Source: Candidatus Palauibacter sp. (GTDB lineage Bacteria > Gemmatimonadota > Gemmatimonadetes > Palauibacterales > Palauibacteraceae). Taken from it: a DNA stretch of 64,000 nucleotides. Below the pieces are notes generated by a model. The model was not told where the DNA came from. It searched no databases and worked only from the letters and a program-made list of their open reading frames with translations. The stretch lies in contig NZ_OZ253465.1 in the NCBI RefSeq assembly GCF_965261555.1, positions 2,547,977 to 2,611,976 of the forward strand, in the 5' to 3' direction. Shown here one piece after another: positions 9,531 to 19,136 of the stretch (position 1 is the stretch's first letter; each line of letters opens with the position of its first letter). The position numbers and the translations under genes were made by a program.

Positions 9531-10562
9531 ATGTCGGCCGGCGAGATCTTATCGGACGTGGCAGGGGACGGCCACCGGAGAGCGAACCCCTTCGCGGGCG
9601 GCGGCCTCGACCGTGCCACGCACCTGAGGGCCGATCCCCGGTGGCTCTCCGCCCGGTTGTCCGATCCGGCCTCGCGCGTCGTCCCCGTGTGGCGCGAGCG
9701 CAGCCTGGTGGCTCGCGCGGCGGGAGAAGCCGGGACGGAAACCGACGACGCGGCCGACGGCACGGCCTATACGCCGGTACTCTTGCCGCCGGCCGCTCTC
9801 GCCTCCGACCTGGAACCACCTGAGGACTGGATCTTTCTCGGACTCGACGGGGGACAGGACGGGGGCCGCGCGGTGTTCGCCGCGGATGTGTCCGGAGAAG
9901 AGGATGTGTCAGGGGAAGAGGAGAGAGAGGAGCCACCGTCCGCTGTCACGCTCGACGGAGCGGGGGAGTTCCTCGATCTCCGCGGGGTGGGGGCCATGCT
10001 GGGGCAGCGCGACGGTTCGCTCCTGGCCTACGCCCGGGCGATCGTCACCTGGAGTCGCCGGCACCGCTTCTGCGGTACGTGCGGCTATCCGACCCGCCCC
10101 GAGCAGGGAGGGCACGTCCGGCGCTGCGACGACGAAGCCTGCGGGGCGGAGCATTTTCCGCGCACGGATCCGGCCATCATCGTCCTCGTGACCGATGGGG
10201 ACCGCTGCCTGCTGGGACGGAAGGACATCTGGCCGGAGGGCGTCTACTCCACGCTGGCGGGCTTCGTGGAGCCGGGCGAGAGCCTCTCCGAAGCCGTCGT
10301 CCGCGAGGTTCGGGAAGAGTCGGGGATCGAGGTCGGCTCCGTACGCTACCGTTCGTCGCAGCCCTGGCCCTTCCCGGCTTCATTGATGCTCGGGTTCCGG
10401 GCCGAACGTGTGGGCGGCGAGTTGAGCCTCGCGCGCCAGGAACTCGTCGATGCGCGCTGGTTCGACCGCGCCGATTTTGCTCGCCGCCGCGAAATCGGCC
10501 TCCGGCTTCCCGGCCGCGTGTCGATCTCGCGCCGCCTGATCGAGGACTGGCTCGCCGGGTAG
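9531..10562 (+). CDS. nudC: NAD+ diphosphatase NudC (Nudix hydrolase with zinc ribbon)
   Basis: Zinc ribbon CGTCGYPT...RRCDDEACGAEHFPRTDPAIIV plus the Nudix box GFVEPGESLSEAVVREVREESGI. Start ATG 9531 verified; the listed ORF has a 5' extension overlapping the HAD gene. Confidence 0.8.
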   Translation: MSAGEILSDVAGDGHRRANPFAGGGLDRATHLRADPRWLSARLSDPASRVVPVWRERSLVARAAGEAGTETDDAADGTAYTPVLLPPAALASDLEPPEDWIFLGLDGGQDGGRAVFAADVSGEEDVSGEEEREEPPSAVTLDGAGEFLDLRGVGAMLGQRDGSLLAYARAIVTWSRRHRFCGTCGYPTRPEQGGHVRRCDDEACGAEHFPRTDPAIIVLVTDGDRCLLGRKDIWPEGVYSTLAGFVEPGESLSEAVVREVREESGIEVGSVRYRSSQPWPFPASLMLGFRAERVGGELSLARQELVDARWFDRADFARRREIGLRLPGRVSISRRLIEDWLAG

Positions 10563-10574
10563 CGAGGAGGTCAG

Positions 10575-11846
10575 ATGCAACAGACCGCGCGATGTCTCAT
10601 CCTCTCGACCCTGACCCTCGCAGGGTTCGGGTGCCGGGACGCATCCCGGGAATCGGGCCGGCTCGACCCCGGGGCGGATTCCGCGATCAGTTCGACGGTC
10701 GATTCCGCGGGCGTGGAGATCGTCCACATCTCCGATCTGCAGGACCTCGACCTTCCGGAAATGAACAGGCGGTTGCTCTACTCCACCTCGGCGGACGTCG
10801 AGCTCCACCAGGTGGCGGGCGCGGTGTTCCTTCCGGATTCGTCGCTCGCGATCGCGAACGGCGGATCGTCTCAGATCCTCCTCCTCGACTCACAGGGGAA
10901 CGTTCTGGAGCGAAGAGGCCGCGAGGGAGAGGGACCCGGGGAGTATGTCGACATCGCCTGGATCGGGGTCGGCGCGGATGGCGTTCTCATCGTGTTCGAC
11001 GATCGCCTGCGGCGATTCACGTTCCTGGACGCGCAGGGAGGCGTGACCGGGGTGCAGCGCATCGAAGTGACCGAGGCTTTCGTCCCGTTGGCCGGCCTCC
11101 CGAGCGGAGAGTTCATCGCCGTGGTCGAGACGCGCCCCTTCCGCCCTACGGGGTTGCAGCGGGGCCCGCTGTTTCTGGTGGTCGTTGACCGGGCGGGTGC
11201 GGTCGCGGACACGCTGGGCCGGTGGGCCGGCAAGCAGCGCTACGTCACGCCCGACCGGATGATCGCATTCGGTTTCGCCGCCACCGCGCTCTATGCCGGA
11301 CGCGGTCCTCACGCCGCCCTGGCCACAACGGATTCGCTCGACATTACCCTGTACGAAGCATCGGCGCCGCTGACCCGGATCCGCGGCGGCCATTCCCCCC
11401 GCCAGGTCACCTCCCGGGAAGAGGAGGCGTGGACCGAACTCGTTCTCGACGTCTACCCGGAAGCGGTGCGTCCGGCTCAGCGCCGAACGCTGGAGCAGTC
11501 GACCGTCCGGGACACCTATCCCGCCGTCGGGGCGCTGAAGGTGGATGCCGCTGGCACGATATGGATCGGAGGCTACACGGGACTCGACGACGTCGAGCGG
11601 AACTGGACCGTCCTCCGACGCGACGGCACTCCTCTCGGTCGCCTCGGCCTTCCCGTTTATCGTCCCGAGTTGCTGAAGGTCAGGGAGAGCGGCATCACCG
11701 GCTGGGCCCTGGTCGAAATGGAAACGACCATTCCCAGCGCCAGCCACGAGCTGCTCGATGTGACCCCGGATCGCATCGCGGTCCTCCGCACGAGTGAACT
11801 GGGAGAAGAGTTCATCGAGGTGTACGCGATCGGGTTACCGCGGTAG
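10575..11846 (+). CDS. hypothetical lipoprotein (beta-propeller-like)
   Basis: Signal peptide with lipobox LTLAGFGC. No recognisable catalytic motifs. Confidence 0.55.
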   Translation: MQQTARCLILSTLTLAGFGCRDASRESGRLDPGADSAISSTVDSAGVEIVHISDLQDLDLPEMNRRLLYSTSADVELHQVAGAVFLPDSSLAIANGGSSQILLLDSQGNVLERRGREGEGPGEYVDIAWIGVGADGVLIVFDDRLRRFTFLDAQGGVTGVQRIEVTEAFVPLAGLPSGEFIAVVETRPFRPTGLQRGPLFLVVVDRAGAVADTLGRWAGKQRYVTPDRMIAFGFAATALYAGRGPHAALATTDSLDITLYEASAPLTRIRGGHSPRQVTSREEEAWTELVLDVYPEAVRPAQRRTLEQSTVRDTYPAVGALKVDAAGTIWIGGYTGLDDVERNWTVLRRDGTPLGRLGLPVYRPELLKVRESGITGWALVEMETTIPSASHELLDVTPDRIAVLRTSELGEEFIEVYAIGLPR

Positions 11847-11856
11847 CGGAAAGGGA

Positions 11857-13698
11857 TCAGGGCGCTCTGGGCGGGTTGACGCCGGCGCTCCCCGTGGCGA
11901 GCGCGACGACCTCGATGGCGGCCTCGCGCATCGTCACCGCGAGCGTGCGTCCGTCGGGGCTCACGCTCGGTTGGAGCGCGCCGTGCCCGCCGGTCGTCAC
12001 CTGTTCCGTCGCGCCGGTGGCGATATCCACCCGCCACACCTGGAAGGGCCCGGAGGCGTTGTTACGCGAGTAGAAGAGCGACGCGCCGTCGGCGCTCCAC
12101 TCGGGCGCGCTGTACGGCTCGCCATTCACAAAGGAGATGACCGCCCTCGGGGTTCCTCCCCCGGCCGCCACCGTGTAGACGGTGACGCGTCCGTCCTCGA
12201 ACGAGCGCCCGTAGAACGCCAGCCGCTCGCCGTCCGGCGAGAAACGGGCTCCCATGGCGTAGCCCTCGAACCCGTCGAGCGGGACTCGGACAGGGTCGGC
12301 GGCCGCGGACCCCGTCGCGGGATCGACGGCGACCGTGTAGACGGACCCCGGGTTCCCCTCGGACGGCGGGCCGTGGCTGCTGAAGGCGAGCGCCCGCCCG
12401 TCCGGGCTCCAATCCGGCTCGCCGGTGTCCGCGCCGGGTCCGAACCGCGTGAGTCGCGTGGGTCGCTCGCTCCCGTCCACCGGGACGAGCCATATGTCGT
12501 CGCTCTCCTCCAGGTGCCCGTGGAAGGCGAGCCACCGGCCGTCGGGCGACCACGCGGCTCCGTAGTCTTCGTGTTCCTCCGAGAGGAGCACTCGGGGTGC
12601 GCCGGCTGGTGCGCCGTCCGCATCGAGGTCGAGGACGCCCAGGTCGAAGTCGATGGGCATGCGGACGCGCCGCCAGGAGAAGGTGATGAACCCCAGCGCC
12701 TCGCCGGCCGGGTGCCAGGAAGGCAGGAAGGCGCTCGTGGAAGCGGTCGGCATCGCATCGGCCGGTTCCCCGCCGGTCACCGGCACGAGGCCCACCGTGG
12801 TGCGCGTATGGTAGACGCTGAGAGCGACGCGGCCGTCGGCGAGCGGCGTGACCGCGAGAACGTCACGGCCGCCGTGCTCCAGCCGTTCGGCCGGGCTCCC
12901 GTCCAGCGGCACGCGCCACCCGGCAAAGAGCGAGTCGCCGATTCCCGCCGCCGCGAGATGGAGCGCTTCGCCGGTGGGGGACCACTCCACGCGGCGGTCC
13001 CAACTGAGCTGGAGGCCGTCGGCGAGCGTGCGCGTCTCGCCCGTCGCGATCTCCGTCACGGCGAGGTCCGAGCGTCCGCCCGCGGCGCGAAGGTACGCGA
13101 CCGTGCGTCCGTCGGGAGATTGCACGGGCGCAACCCATCCCCCGGCACGGTCGACGATCACGGATGCCGCGCGGCCGGGTCCCGGCGCATACGCGACCCA
13201 CGCGGTATCGGTGCCCGCGTATCGGAGCGCGGTCACGGTCCCGTCGGATCGCAATCGCGGATAGTCGATGCGGGCGTCCCCGGGATCCACGATGCGCGAT
13301 TCCCGGCCGGTCGTCGGGTCCAGCGTCCAGACTCCGTGACGGTCGGACTGGCGATCGACATAAACGATGCGCGAACCGTCGGGCGACCAGGTGACGCGCG
13401 TCCGTCCCCCCAGGGTGCTCGTCATCGCGCGTCCGACCCCGGTCGCCACGTCGTAGACCGTCAGCGATCTCTTGTCCGCGGCATAGTCGGCGAAGACGAC
13501 GCGATCGCCGGCAGGCGACGGAATGCCCGGGTAGGCGTCGTAGAAGTCCGTAGGCACGTGTCGCGCAAGCACGCCGTCCGAGACCTCTTCGACGCGGTCT
13601 TCGCACGCCGCCGCCGAGAGGAGCGGCACTGTCGCAAGAACAAGCCTGACCCTGCCGCCGCACCGTCGATTCGACGGAGACCTCATCATCGTCTTCAT
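11857..13698 (-). CDS. TolB-like periplasmic beta-propeller protein (PD40/WD40-like repeats)
   Basis: 613 aa with repeated SPDG..LAF/WSPDG.. PD40 motifs and lipoprotein signal LLSAAAC. Confidence 0.75.
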   Translation of the reverse strand: MKTMMRSPSNRRCGGRVRLVLATVPLLSAAACEDRVEEVSDGVLARHVPTDFYDAYPGIPSPAGDRVVFADYAADKRSLTVYDVATGVGRAMTSTLGGRTRVTWSPDGSRIVYVDRQSDRHGVWTLDPTTGRESRIVDPGDARIDYPRLRSDGTVTALRYAGTDTAWVAYAPGPGRAASVIVDRAGGWVAPVQSPDGRTVAYLRAAGGRSDLAVTEIATGETRTLADGLQLSWDRRVEWSPTGEALHLAAAGIGDSLFAGWRVPLDGSPAERLEHGGRDVLAVTPLADGRVALSVYHTRTTVGLVPVTGGEPADAMPTASTSAFLPSWHPAGEALGFITFSWRRVRMPIDFDLGVLDLDADGAPAGAPRVLLSEEHEDYGAAWSPDGRWLAFHGHLEESDDIWLVPVDGSERPTRLTRFGPGADTGEPDWSPDGRALAFSSHGPPSEGNPGSVYTVAVDPATGSAAADPVRVPLDGFEGYAMGARFSPDGERLAFYGRSFEDGRVTVYTVAAGGGTPRAVISFVNGEPYSAPEWSADGASLFYSRNNASGPFQVWRVDIATGATEQVTTGGHGALQPSVSPDGRTLAVTMREAAIEVVALATGSAGVNPPRAP

Positions 13699-13765
13699 TG
13701 GGTGAGGGACGATATTTGTTGTGAGTTGCGAGGGTCAACGGACGTCGCAATTGTCACCGCCGACC

Positions 13766-14200
13766 ATGGAAAGCAATTCGACTTCACCTGATGCGATCGA
13801 CCGAACGATCGAGCTGAATGCCTCGCCCGCTCGCGTGTGGGTAGCGCTCGCCGATCCCGATGGGCTGGCCTCGTGGTTCCCCGACCGGGTCGAGGGACTT
13901 GCACCGGAAGAGGGCGCGACGGGCTGGCTCGCGTGGGACAGGCACGGCCGGTACGCGATCGCGGTCGAGTGGATGGAGGCCGGGCGCCGGCTCGTGTGGC
14001 GCTGGGCCCGGAAGCCGGACACCCCGCTCGAAGGCGGTTACAACACGACCGTCGAGTGGACGCTCACCGAACGCGAGGGCGGCGGGACGATCCTGCGCCT
14101 GGTCGAGAGCGGTTTCCGGACCGAGAGCGACCGCCAGGACAACGTCGGCGGCTGGGAGCACGAACTCGGCGAACTCGTCGACCACCTCGCCACAGCCTGA
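13766..14200 (+). CDS. SRPBCC-family protein (AHSA1/START-like)
   Basis: IELNASPARVWVALADPDGLASWFPD..., typical of the activator-of-Hsp90-ATPase/polyketide-cyclase-like fold. Confidence 0.7.
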   Translation: MESNSTSPDAIDRTIELNASPARVWVALADPDGLASWFPDRVEGLAPEEGATGWLAWDRHGRYAIAVEWMEAGRRLVWRWARKPDTPLEGGYNTTVEWTLTEREGGGTILRLVESGFRTESDRQDNVGGWEHELGELVDHLATA

Positions 14201-14218
14201 CCCCGATTCCTCCCTCTC

Positions 14219-15367
14219 CTACGATTTCGGGATGTCCTTGCCGGGATCCACGAAGGGGCGGGGCACGACCGTGGCGTCGCGTTCACCGTCCGGCGTCGTC
14301 ACGCTCAGCCGCGTGCCCATCTCTCCGGAGGCCGCCGGCACCAGGGCGTAGCCGATGTTCCGCCCGAGACGGGGCGAGTGGACGGCGGAAGTCACGAAGC
14401 CGATCTCCTCTCCGTCCCGGCTCACCGGCCAGCGGTCCATGTTCAGGTCGAGCGGGGCGCCCGAGATCTCGATTCCGGCGAGGAGTCGCCGGGGGCCCTC
14501 CTCGGCGATCCGGGCCAGCGCTTCGCGGCCGATGAAGTCGCCCTCCTGGTCGAAGTCGACCTGCCAGCCGAGCCCGACTTCGTACGGGTTCGTGTCCAGC
14601 GTCATGTCGATGCCGTAGTTGAGGATGCCGGCTTCGATGCGGCGGATGTCCGAGGGACCCGTGGGCGAGATGCCCAGGTCGCGTCCCGCCTCCATCACGC
14701 GGTCCCAGAGTTCGACGCCCCGGCTTCCGTCCCTGAGGTAGATCTCGTAGCCGACCTCGCCGCTCCACCCGGTGCGGGTCACGACCACCGGGATGCCGTC
14801 CAGATCCGCCTCCAGGAACCAGTAGTAGCGGAGGTCGAGGACCTCCTCCCCGAAGAGCCGCCGCACGACCTCCTTCGACTTCGGGCCCTGCACCTGCATC
14901 GGCGAGACATCCGGCTCGCAGATCTCGACATCGAGGCCGGCGTTGAGCGCGATCCCCTTCGCGTAGAGCAGCACGTCGCTGTCCGCGAGCGCGAGCCAGA
15001 AGTGGTTCTCACCGAGGCGCAGCAGCACGGGATCGTTCACGATGCCGCCGTCCTCGGCGCCGATGAGGACGTATTTCCCCTGCCCGACCGCGCACTTCGA
15101 CAGGTCCCGGGGCGTGAGCAGGTTCGTGAACTCGAAGGCGTCCGGCCCCGTGATCTCCACCTGCCGCTCGACGCTCACGTCCCACACCGTGACGCCGGTC
15201 AGGAGCTTCTCGTACTCCGCGTGCAGATCGTCGTAGCGGGTCGGGAGGAACATGTGGTTGTAGACCGTATAGCTCCGGCACCCGTCCCGGAGGGTGGCCT
15301 CGAAGTATGGGGAGCGGCGAAGCCGCGCCCCGCGCTGGATCAAGGCCATGTCGAAGGTCTGGGTCAT
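14219..15367 (-). CDS. GcvT-family aminomethyltransferase-like protein (folate-dependent demethylase family)
   Basis: 382 aa with ...VWDVSVERQVEITGPDAFEFTNLL... and GYEIYL blocks, as in glycine-cleavage T protein, DmdA and sarcosine-oxidase-type domains. Confidence 0.75.
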   Translation of the reverse strand: MTQTFDMALIQRGARLRRSPYFEATLRDGCRSYTVYNHMFLPTRYDDLHAEYEKLLTGVTVWDVSVERQVEITGPDAFEFTNLLTPRDLSKCAVGQGKYVLIGAEDGGIVNDPVLLRLGENHFWLALADSDVLLYAKGIALNAGLDVEICEPDVSPMQVQGPKSKEVVRRLFGEEVLDLRYYWFLEADLDGIPVVVTRTGWSGEVGYEIYLRDGSRGVELWDRVMEAGRDLGISPTGPSDIRRIEAGILNYGIDMTLDTNPYEVGLGWQVDFDQEGDFIGREALARIAEEGPRRLLAGIEISGAPLDLNMDRWPVSRDGEEIGFVTSAVHSPRLGRNIGYALVPAASGEMGTRLSVTTPDGERDATVVPRPFVDPGKDIPKS

Positions 15368-15537
15368 GAAGGTTATCCCTCCGGTCTACGGGTCGGGTTG
15401 GTGTCCACAGGGTGGAAATCGGCTGGCCTGCCGGCATCCGGTCAGGCGGTATCGGTGCCGGTGTCGGGGGGTGCGATGCCGAAGACGGAACCCTCCAGTC
15501 GGGCCACCGCCATGCGCGTCCGGGTCAGCTCCGCCCG

Positions 15538-16842
15538 TCAGGTGGGGATGCCGTGCTTCACGGCGCGCGTCATCGCGTCCACGAAGCGGTCGAGTTCCTC
15601 GAGGGTCGTGTAGGTGGACGGCGAGATCCGCAGGCCCGTGAACTCGGCGTGGTTGATGCCGACGGTGAAGATCCGGTGCTTGTTCCACAGCCAGTTGCGG
15701 AGCGCGCTCGTGTCGATCCCCCCCACCTGGACGTTCGCGATCCCGCATGCGAAGCCGGGCTTGAGGCTCGTGTTGAGCCGCACCCGGTCGTGTTCCAGGA
15801 GCTGCTCGGCCCAGTAGTTCCGGAGGTGGACGAGCCGCGCCTCCTTGCGCTCGCCGCCGACCAGCTGGTGGAAGGTGAGCGCCTCACCGATCGCGAGGAA
15901 GTTGGCCTCCGGGTGCGTGCCGATCGCCTCGAACTTCCGGATGTCGTCGTTGCTGCTCTCGGGCGCCGCCTGCAGCGGCCAGATCTCGGGGATCTTCTCC
16001 TTCCTCACGTAGAGGAGGCCCGTGCCGACGGGGGCGTGCAGCCACTTGTGGAGGCTCACCGCGTAGTTGTCGCAGTTGAGCTCGGAGAGGGTAAAGTCAT
16101 GGTGCGCCATCGAATGTGCTCCATCGACGATAACCGGGATGTCGTAGCCGCGCGCCATCTCCACGACCTCGCGCACGGGGAGGATCTGCCCGGTGATGTT
16201 GATCATGTGGCACATGAGAATGAGGCGCGTGCGGTCGGTGATCTGCTCCTCGAACAGCCGTACGATCTCCGCCGGGTCCTCGGCCGGGATCGGGATCTTG
16301 AACTGCTTCATCACGATCCCCTCGCGGCGCTCGCGCTGCTGGAAGGTCGTGATCATGCGCCCGTAGTCCTGCGTCGTCGTCACGACTTCGTCGCCGCGCT
16401 GGAGGTCGTAGCCGTTCTGCAGGATCTGAAGACCCTCGGACGCGTTGCGCGTGATCGCGACCTCCTCGGGGTCCACGTCCCACTGCCGGGCGAGGCGCGC
16501 GCGGACGCCCTCCCGCTGCGGCTCCAGGATCTGCCACCCGTTGTAGACCGGGATCTGGTTCGCGAAGTCGAGGTCCCGCTTCATCGCCTCGAGGACGTGG
16601 GCGGGCGTCGGGCTCACGCCGCCGTTGTTGAGGTTGACGAGGGAGCGGTCGGTCGTGAATGCCTTCTGGATCTCGAGCCAGAACTCCTCGTCGCGCGCGA
16701 TCTCCCCGGGGGAGCCGGGCGTGCGCGACGCCTCCCGGGCCGCGGCGATGGCGGTGTTCCACTTCGTCGGAACCATTGTCATGGCTCCGGCGGCTGCGGC
16801 GGAGCCCCCGAGGCGGGCGAGGAATCGTCGGCGGGTCGGCAT
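15538..16842 (-). CDS. class V aminotransferase-fold PLP enzyme with twin-arginine (Tat) signal
   Basis: N-terminus MPTRRRFLARLGGSAAAAGA (Tat motif). PLP lysine block SLHKWLHAPVGTG. Isopenicillin-N-epimerase/cysteine-desulfurase-like fold. Confidence 0.75.
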   Translation of the reverse strand: MPTRRRFLARLGGSAAAAGAMTMVPTKWNTAIAAAREASRTPGSPGEIARDEEFWLEIQKAFTTDRSLVNLNNGGVSPTPAHVLEAMKRDLDFANQIPVYNGWQILEPQREGVRARLARQWDVDPEEVAITRNASEGLQILQNGYDLQRGDEVVTTTQDYGRMITTFQQRERREGIVMKQFKIPIPAEDPAEIVRLFEEQITDRTRLILMCHMINITGQILPVREVVEMARGYDIPVIVDGAHSMAHHDFTLSELNCDNYAVSLHKWLHAPVGTGLLYVRKEKIPEIWPLQAAPESSNDDIRKFEAIGTHPEANFLAIGEALTFHQLVGGERKEARLVHLRNYWAEQLLEHDRVRLNTSLKPGFACGIANVQVGGIDTSALRNWLWNKHRIFTVGINHAEFTGLRISPSTYTTLEELDRFVDAMTRAVKHGIPT

Positions 16843-16967
16843 GCGGCCTCCTGGCTGGTTCGGCGCGGTCGTCGCCTTTCAATACTGCTGCCAAATAGAC
16901 GGTTTTCGGCGCCGCGAGCAAGTCCGGAACCGCCGGAGCCGGGCTCGCAGACTGCCGGCCCCGCGCG

Positions 16968-17522
16968 TCAGTCCTGTGTCGTGATCATGGCCAGGATCGG
17001 GTCGATCGCCTCCTCGGCCAGTTGTTCGAGTTCGACGGCGGTACGGTTCTGGATAGGGTGCGGGACCCACACGATGCCGGGTTCGAACCCCAGCGAGCGC
17101 GACTGGCTGCGGGCGGCCGCCTCGAACTCCGTCGTGACGACGAAACAGCCGGGGATTCCGCGTTCGTCCAGGTCTCTGAGGTCGTGCAGACCGCACGACG
17201 TGCAGGACCCTCAATCGGCCAGTGCCTGCACGACGACATCGGCCTCCGTGGCGATCCTCTGCAGGATTTCGACGGGCGCCCGCCGCGCGTTGGTCGGCTT
17301 GTCCGTGCGGATCGTCTCGATGCCGAGTGCGTCCAGTCGCGCCTTCACATGGTCGAGGAACTCGTCGCTGCGCAGCTTGCCGATTCCCTGGAGCGCGACA
17401 ACTCGCCCCTCCAGCGACGGCGGAGGCGTGCGCCGGGGCCGCATCTCCGGAGCGAGTTCGGAGGTGGGATCGTGGAGGACAGTGGCCGGCGTTGCCGGGC
17501 TCGCCGCGGTCGAAACGGTCAT
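16968..17522 (-). CDS. UGSC/UxxCxxC-motif selenoprotein (in-frame UGA at 17211..17213 read as selenocysteine)
   Basis: Frame verified base by base. The gene is MTVSTAAS...EADVVVQALAD-[TGA]-GSCTSCGLHDLRDLDERGIPGCFVVTTEFEAAAR...PILAMITTQD-[TGA at 16968]. The ATG (17520..17522) overlaps the stop of the upstream gene (ATGA). The post-UGA half has no Met and is absent from the ORF track. Confidence 0.7.
17181..17199 (-). promoter_or_regulatory. SECIS-like hairpin 11 nt downstream of the UGA
   Basis: The mRNA reads UGA GGGUCCUGCAC GUCGUGC-GGUCU-GCACGAC. This is a perfect 7-bp stem with a 5-nt GGUCU loop starting at nt 12 after UGA, the same spacing as the E. coli fdhF SECIS minihelix. Confidence 0.6.
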
Positions 17523-18970
17523 GTCTCGATCTCTCTCGTGATGGGGTGTGAGTGCTGCCAGGCGCGGCCGCCGGGCCAGCCGGCCAGGATCGCGGAGTAC
17601 AGTCCGGCCGCGCCGCCGGCCCGGGCGAGGAGCAGTCCGCCGGGCGGAAACTTGGGCACGTGGCGGCGCGTCTCCGAGTCCGGCACGCCCTCCGCGAGGC
17701 CGCCGGCGCCGCGGGCCACCTCGCCCAGCGGCCGCGTCGTCGCTTCGATCAGCGCCTCGGTGATGCGCGCCCGGCCCCAGCCCGCCTCCCGGTAGACGGC
17801 GTAGTGCTCCGGCGAGAGGAGGAGCACGGCGTGCGCCCACTCGCAGATCTTCGGGTGGCAGACGGCGAGCAGGCACGCCGCGAGCGACGCTGTGAGTTCC
17901 TCGGGGGTGCGCGAGGCCTGGTCCATGATCCCCTGCACGCCCTCGCCCTGGAACAGCGTGACGGCATCGGTCCCCCGCGGAACGCCGCGTGAGACGGAAA
18001 GCGGCTCCCAATCCTCGTCCGACTCGTCCTCGGCGAAGCAGAAGGTGTACTTGCTGGGCGCGCCGAAGGTGGAACGGTCGATCTCGCCGGGGCGCCCGCC
18101 GCCCACGTTTTGCACGATGAGGTTGAGGGCGCGCCCGATGGTCGCGTTCGCCCGGTTCCCCTGTCCGAGGACGTTGAGCCTCGAGTTCATCCCGATCCGG
18201 CGCGCAATGGGGCCGTTGACGATGATGAGGGGGGCGGTGAAGCAGGTGCTGCACAGGATCCCGTGCAGCGTGAAGTCCGGATCGAGCGCCGCCTCCAGCG
18301 CCGCCAGCAGCACGGGCATGTACTCCGGCTTGCAGCCCGCGAGCACGGCGTTGATCGCCACCTTCTCCACCGTGCATTCCGCATAGTCGGGCGGCACGGC
18401 CCCCACGATCTCGCCAGGAGCCTGGGACGTGCCCGCGAGCATCCGCAGGATCCGCTCCGGGGTCGGCGGGACGACCGGAAGCCCATCCGTCCAGCCGCGA
18501 TCGAAGCATGCCTCCACGTCGTCCGCGTGCGGCTCCAGCGCCACCCGTCGCGCCTCCAGGCCCGTGTCCCCGAAGCGCGCGCGCAGGCGCTCGGCGGCGC
18601 CCGGTGCTACCGACAGGGAACCGCAGCCGGGGCGGAACGCGGCCAGATCCTCCCCCAGGTCGGGGGTCGACGTCAACCGGCGCCACTCGTCGCGGTTCCA
18701 GCCGACGGCGCGCCCCGTCTCCCGTCCGTCCTCGAAGCGCACCAGCGTCGGGACCGTCTCGATGTCGAGGCGGAAAGAGTGTTCGAGTTCCGTGTCGTCG
18801 ATCACGCCAGGGACGGCGGCGGGAAAATCCGGATCGTCCTGGCTGAAGACCGTAAGACCGCAGCCGTCAGCGGACAGCCGTTTCAGCACGGGTTCGACGA
18901 GTTGGCAGGTGGGGCAGTCCCGCTTCACGACGACCGCGAGACCGTCCTCGGGTAACGGAGCGCGTTCCAT
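17519..18970 (-). CDS. hypothetical protein with N-terminal thioredoxin-fold domain (CPTC motif)
   Basis: 483 aa. N-terminal ~110 aa is thioredoxin-like (VVVKRDCPTCQLVEPVLKRL). The remainder is unrecognised but carries several Cys pairs (PGCGS, CSTCF, CHPKIC). Confidence 0.65.
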   Translation of the reverse strand: MERAPLPEDGLAVVVKRDCPTCQLVEPVLKRLSADGCGLTVFSQDDPDFPAAVPGVIDDTELEHSFRLDIETVPTLVRFEDGRETGRAVGWNRDEWRRLTSTPDLGEDLAAFRPGCGSLSVAPGAAERLRARFGDTGLEARRVALEPHADDVEACFDRGWTDGLPVVPPTPERILRMLAGTSQAPGEIVGAVPPDYAECTVEKVAINAVLAGCKPEYMPVLLAALEAALDPDFTLHGILCSTCFTAPLIIVNGPIARRIGMNSRLNVLGQGNRANATIGRALNLIVQNVGGGRPGEIDRSTFGAPSKYTFCFAEDESDEDWEPLSVSRGVPRGTDAVTLFQGEGVQGIMDQASRTPEELTASLAACLLAVCHPKICEWAHAVLLLSPEHYAVYREAGWGRARITEALIEATTRPLGEVARGAGGLAEGVPDSETRRHVPKFPPGGLLLARAGGAAGLYSAILAGWPGGRAWQHSHPITREIET

Positions 18971-19136
18971 GTCCCAACCGTAACGCTCGGATCCCGTCCG
19001 TCAAAGCCGCCACCCGCGCCGTTGACCCCCCGCGGGACTGAACGGAGATTTACGACCGCGTGTTATCAAAGGTTGTGAAGGGACGGGCAGGGATGTGTTT
19101 CGCCGTGATGGACCCACTCGGAAGGATGTACCTCTT

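Noticed and set aside
11794-13791. 665-aa + strand ORF
   Set aside because: Antisense to the TolB-like gene, which has clear PD40 repeats; the + frame has none.
15412-17541. 709-aa + strand ORF
   Set aside because: Arginine-, glycine- and proline-rich low-complexity translation, antisense to the class V PLP enzyme and selenoprotein genes. A typical high-GC frame artifact.
17211-18686. 491-aa minus-strand ORF overlapping the Trx-fold gene in another frame
   Set aside because: Only its last 104 codons (from ATG 17522) are real, forming the N-terminal half of the selenoprotein. The upstream 387 codons are R/G/P-rich nonsense overlapping a well-supported gene.
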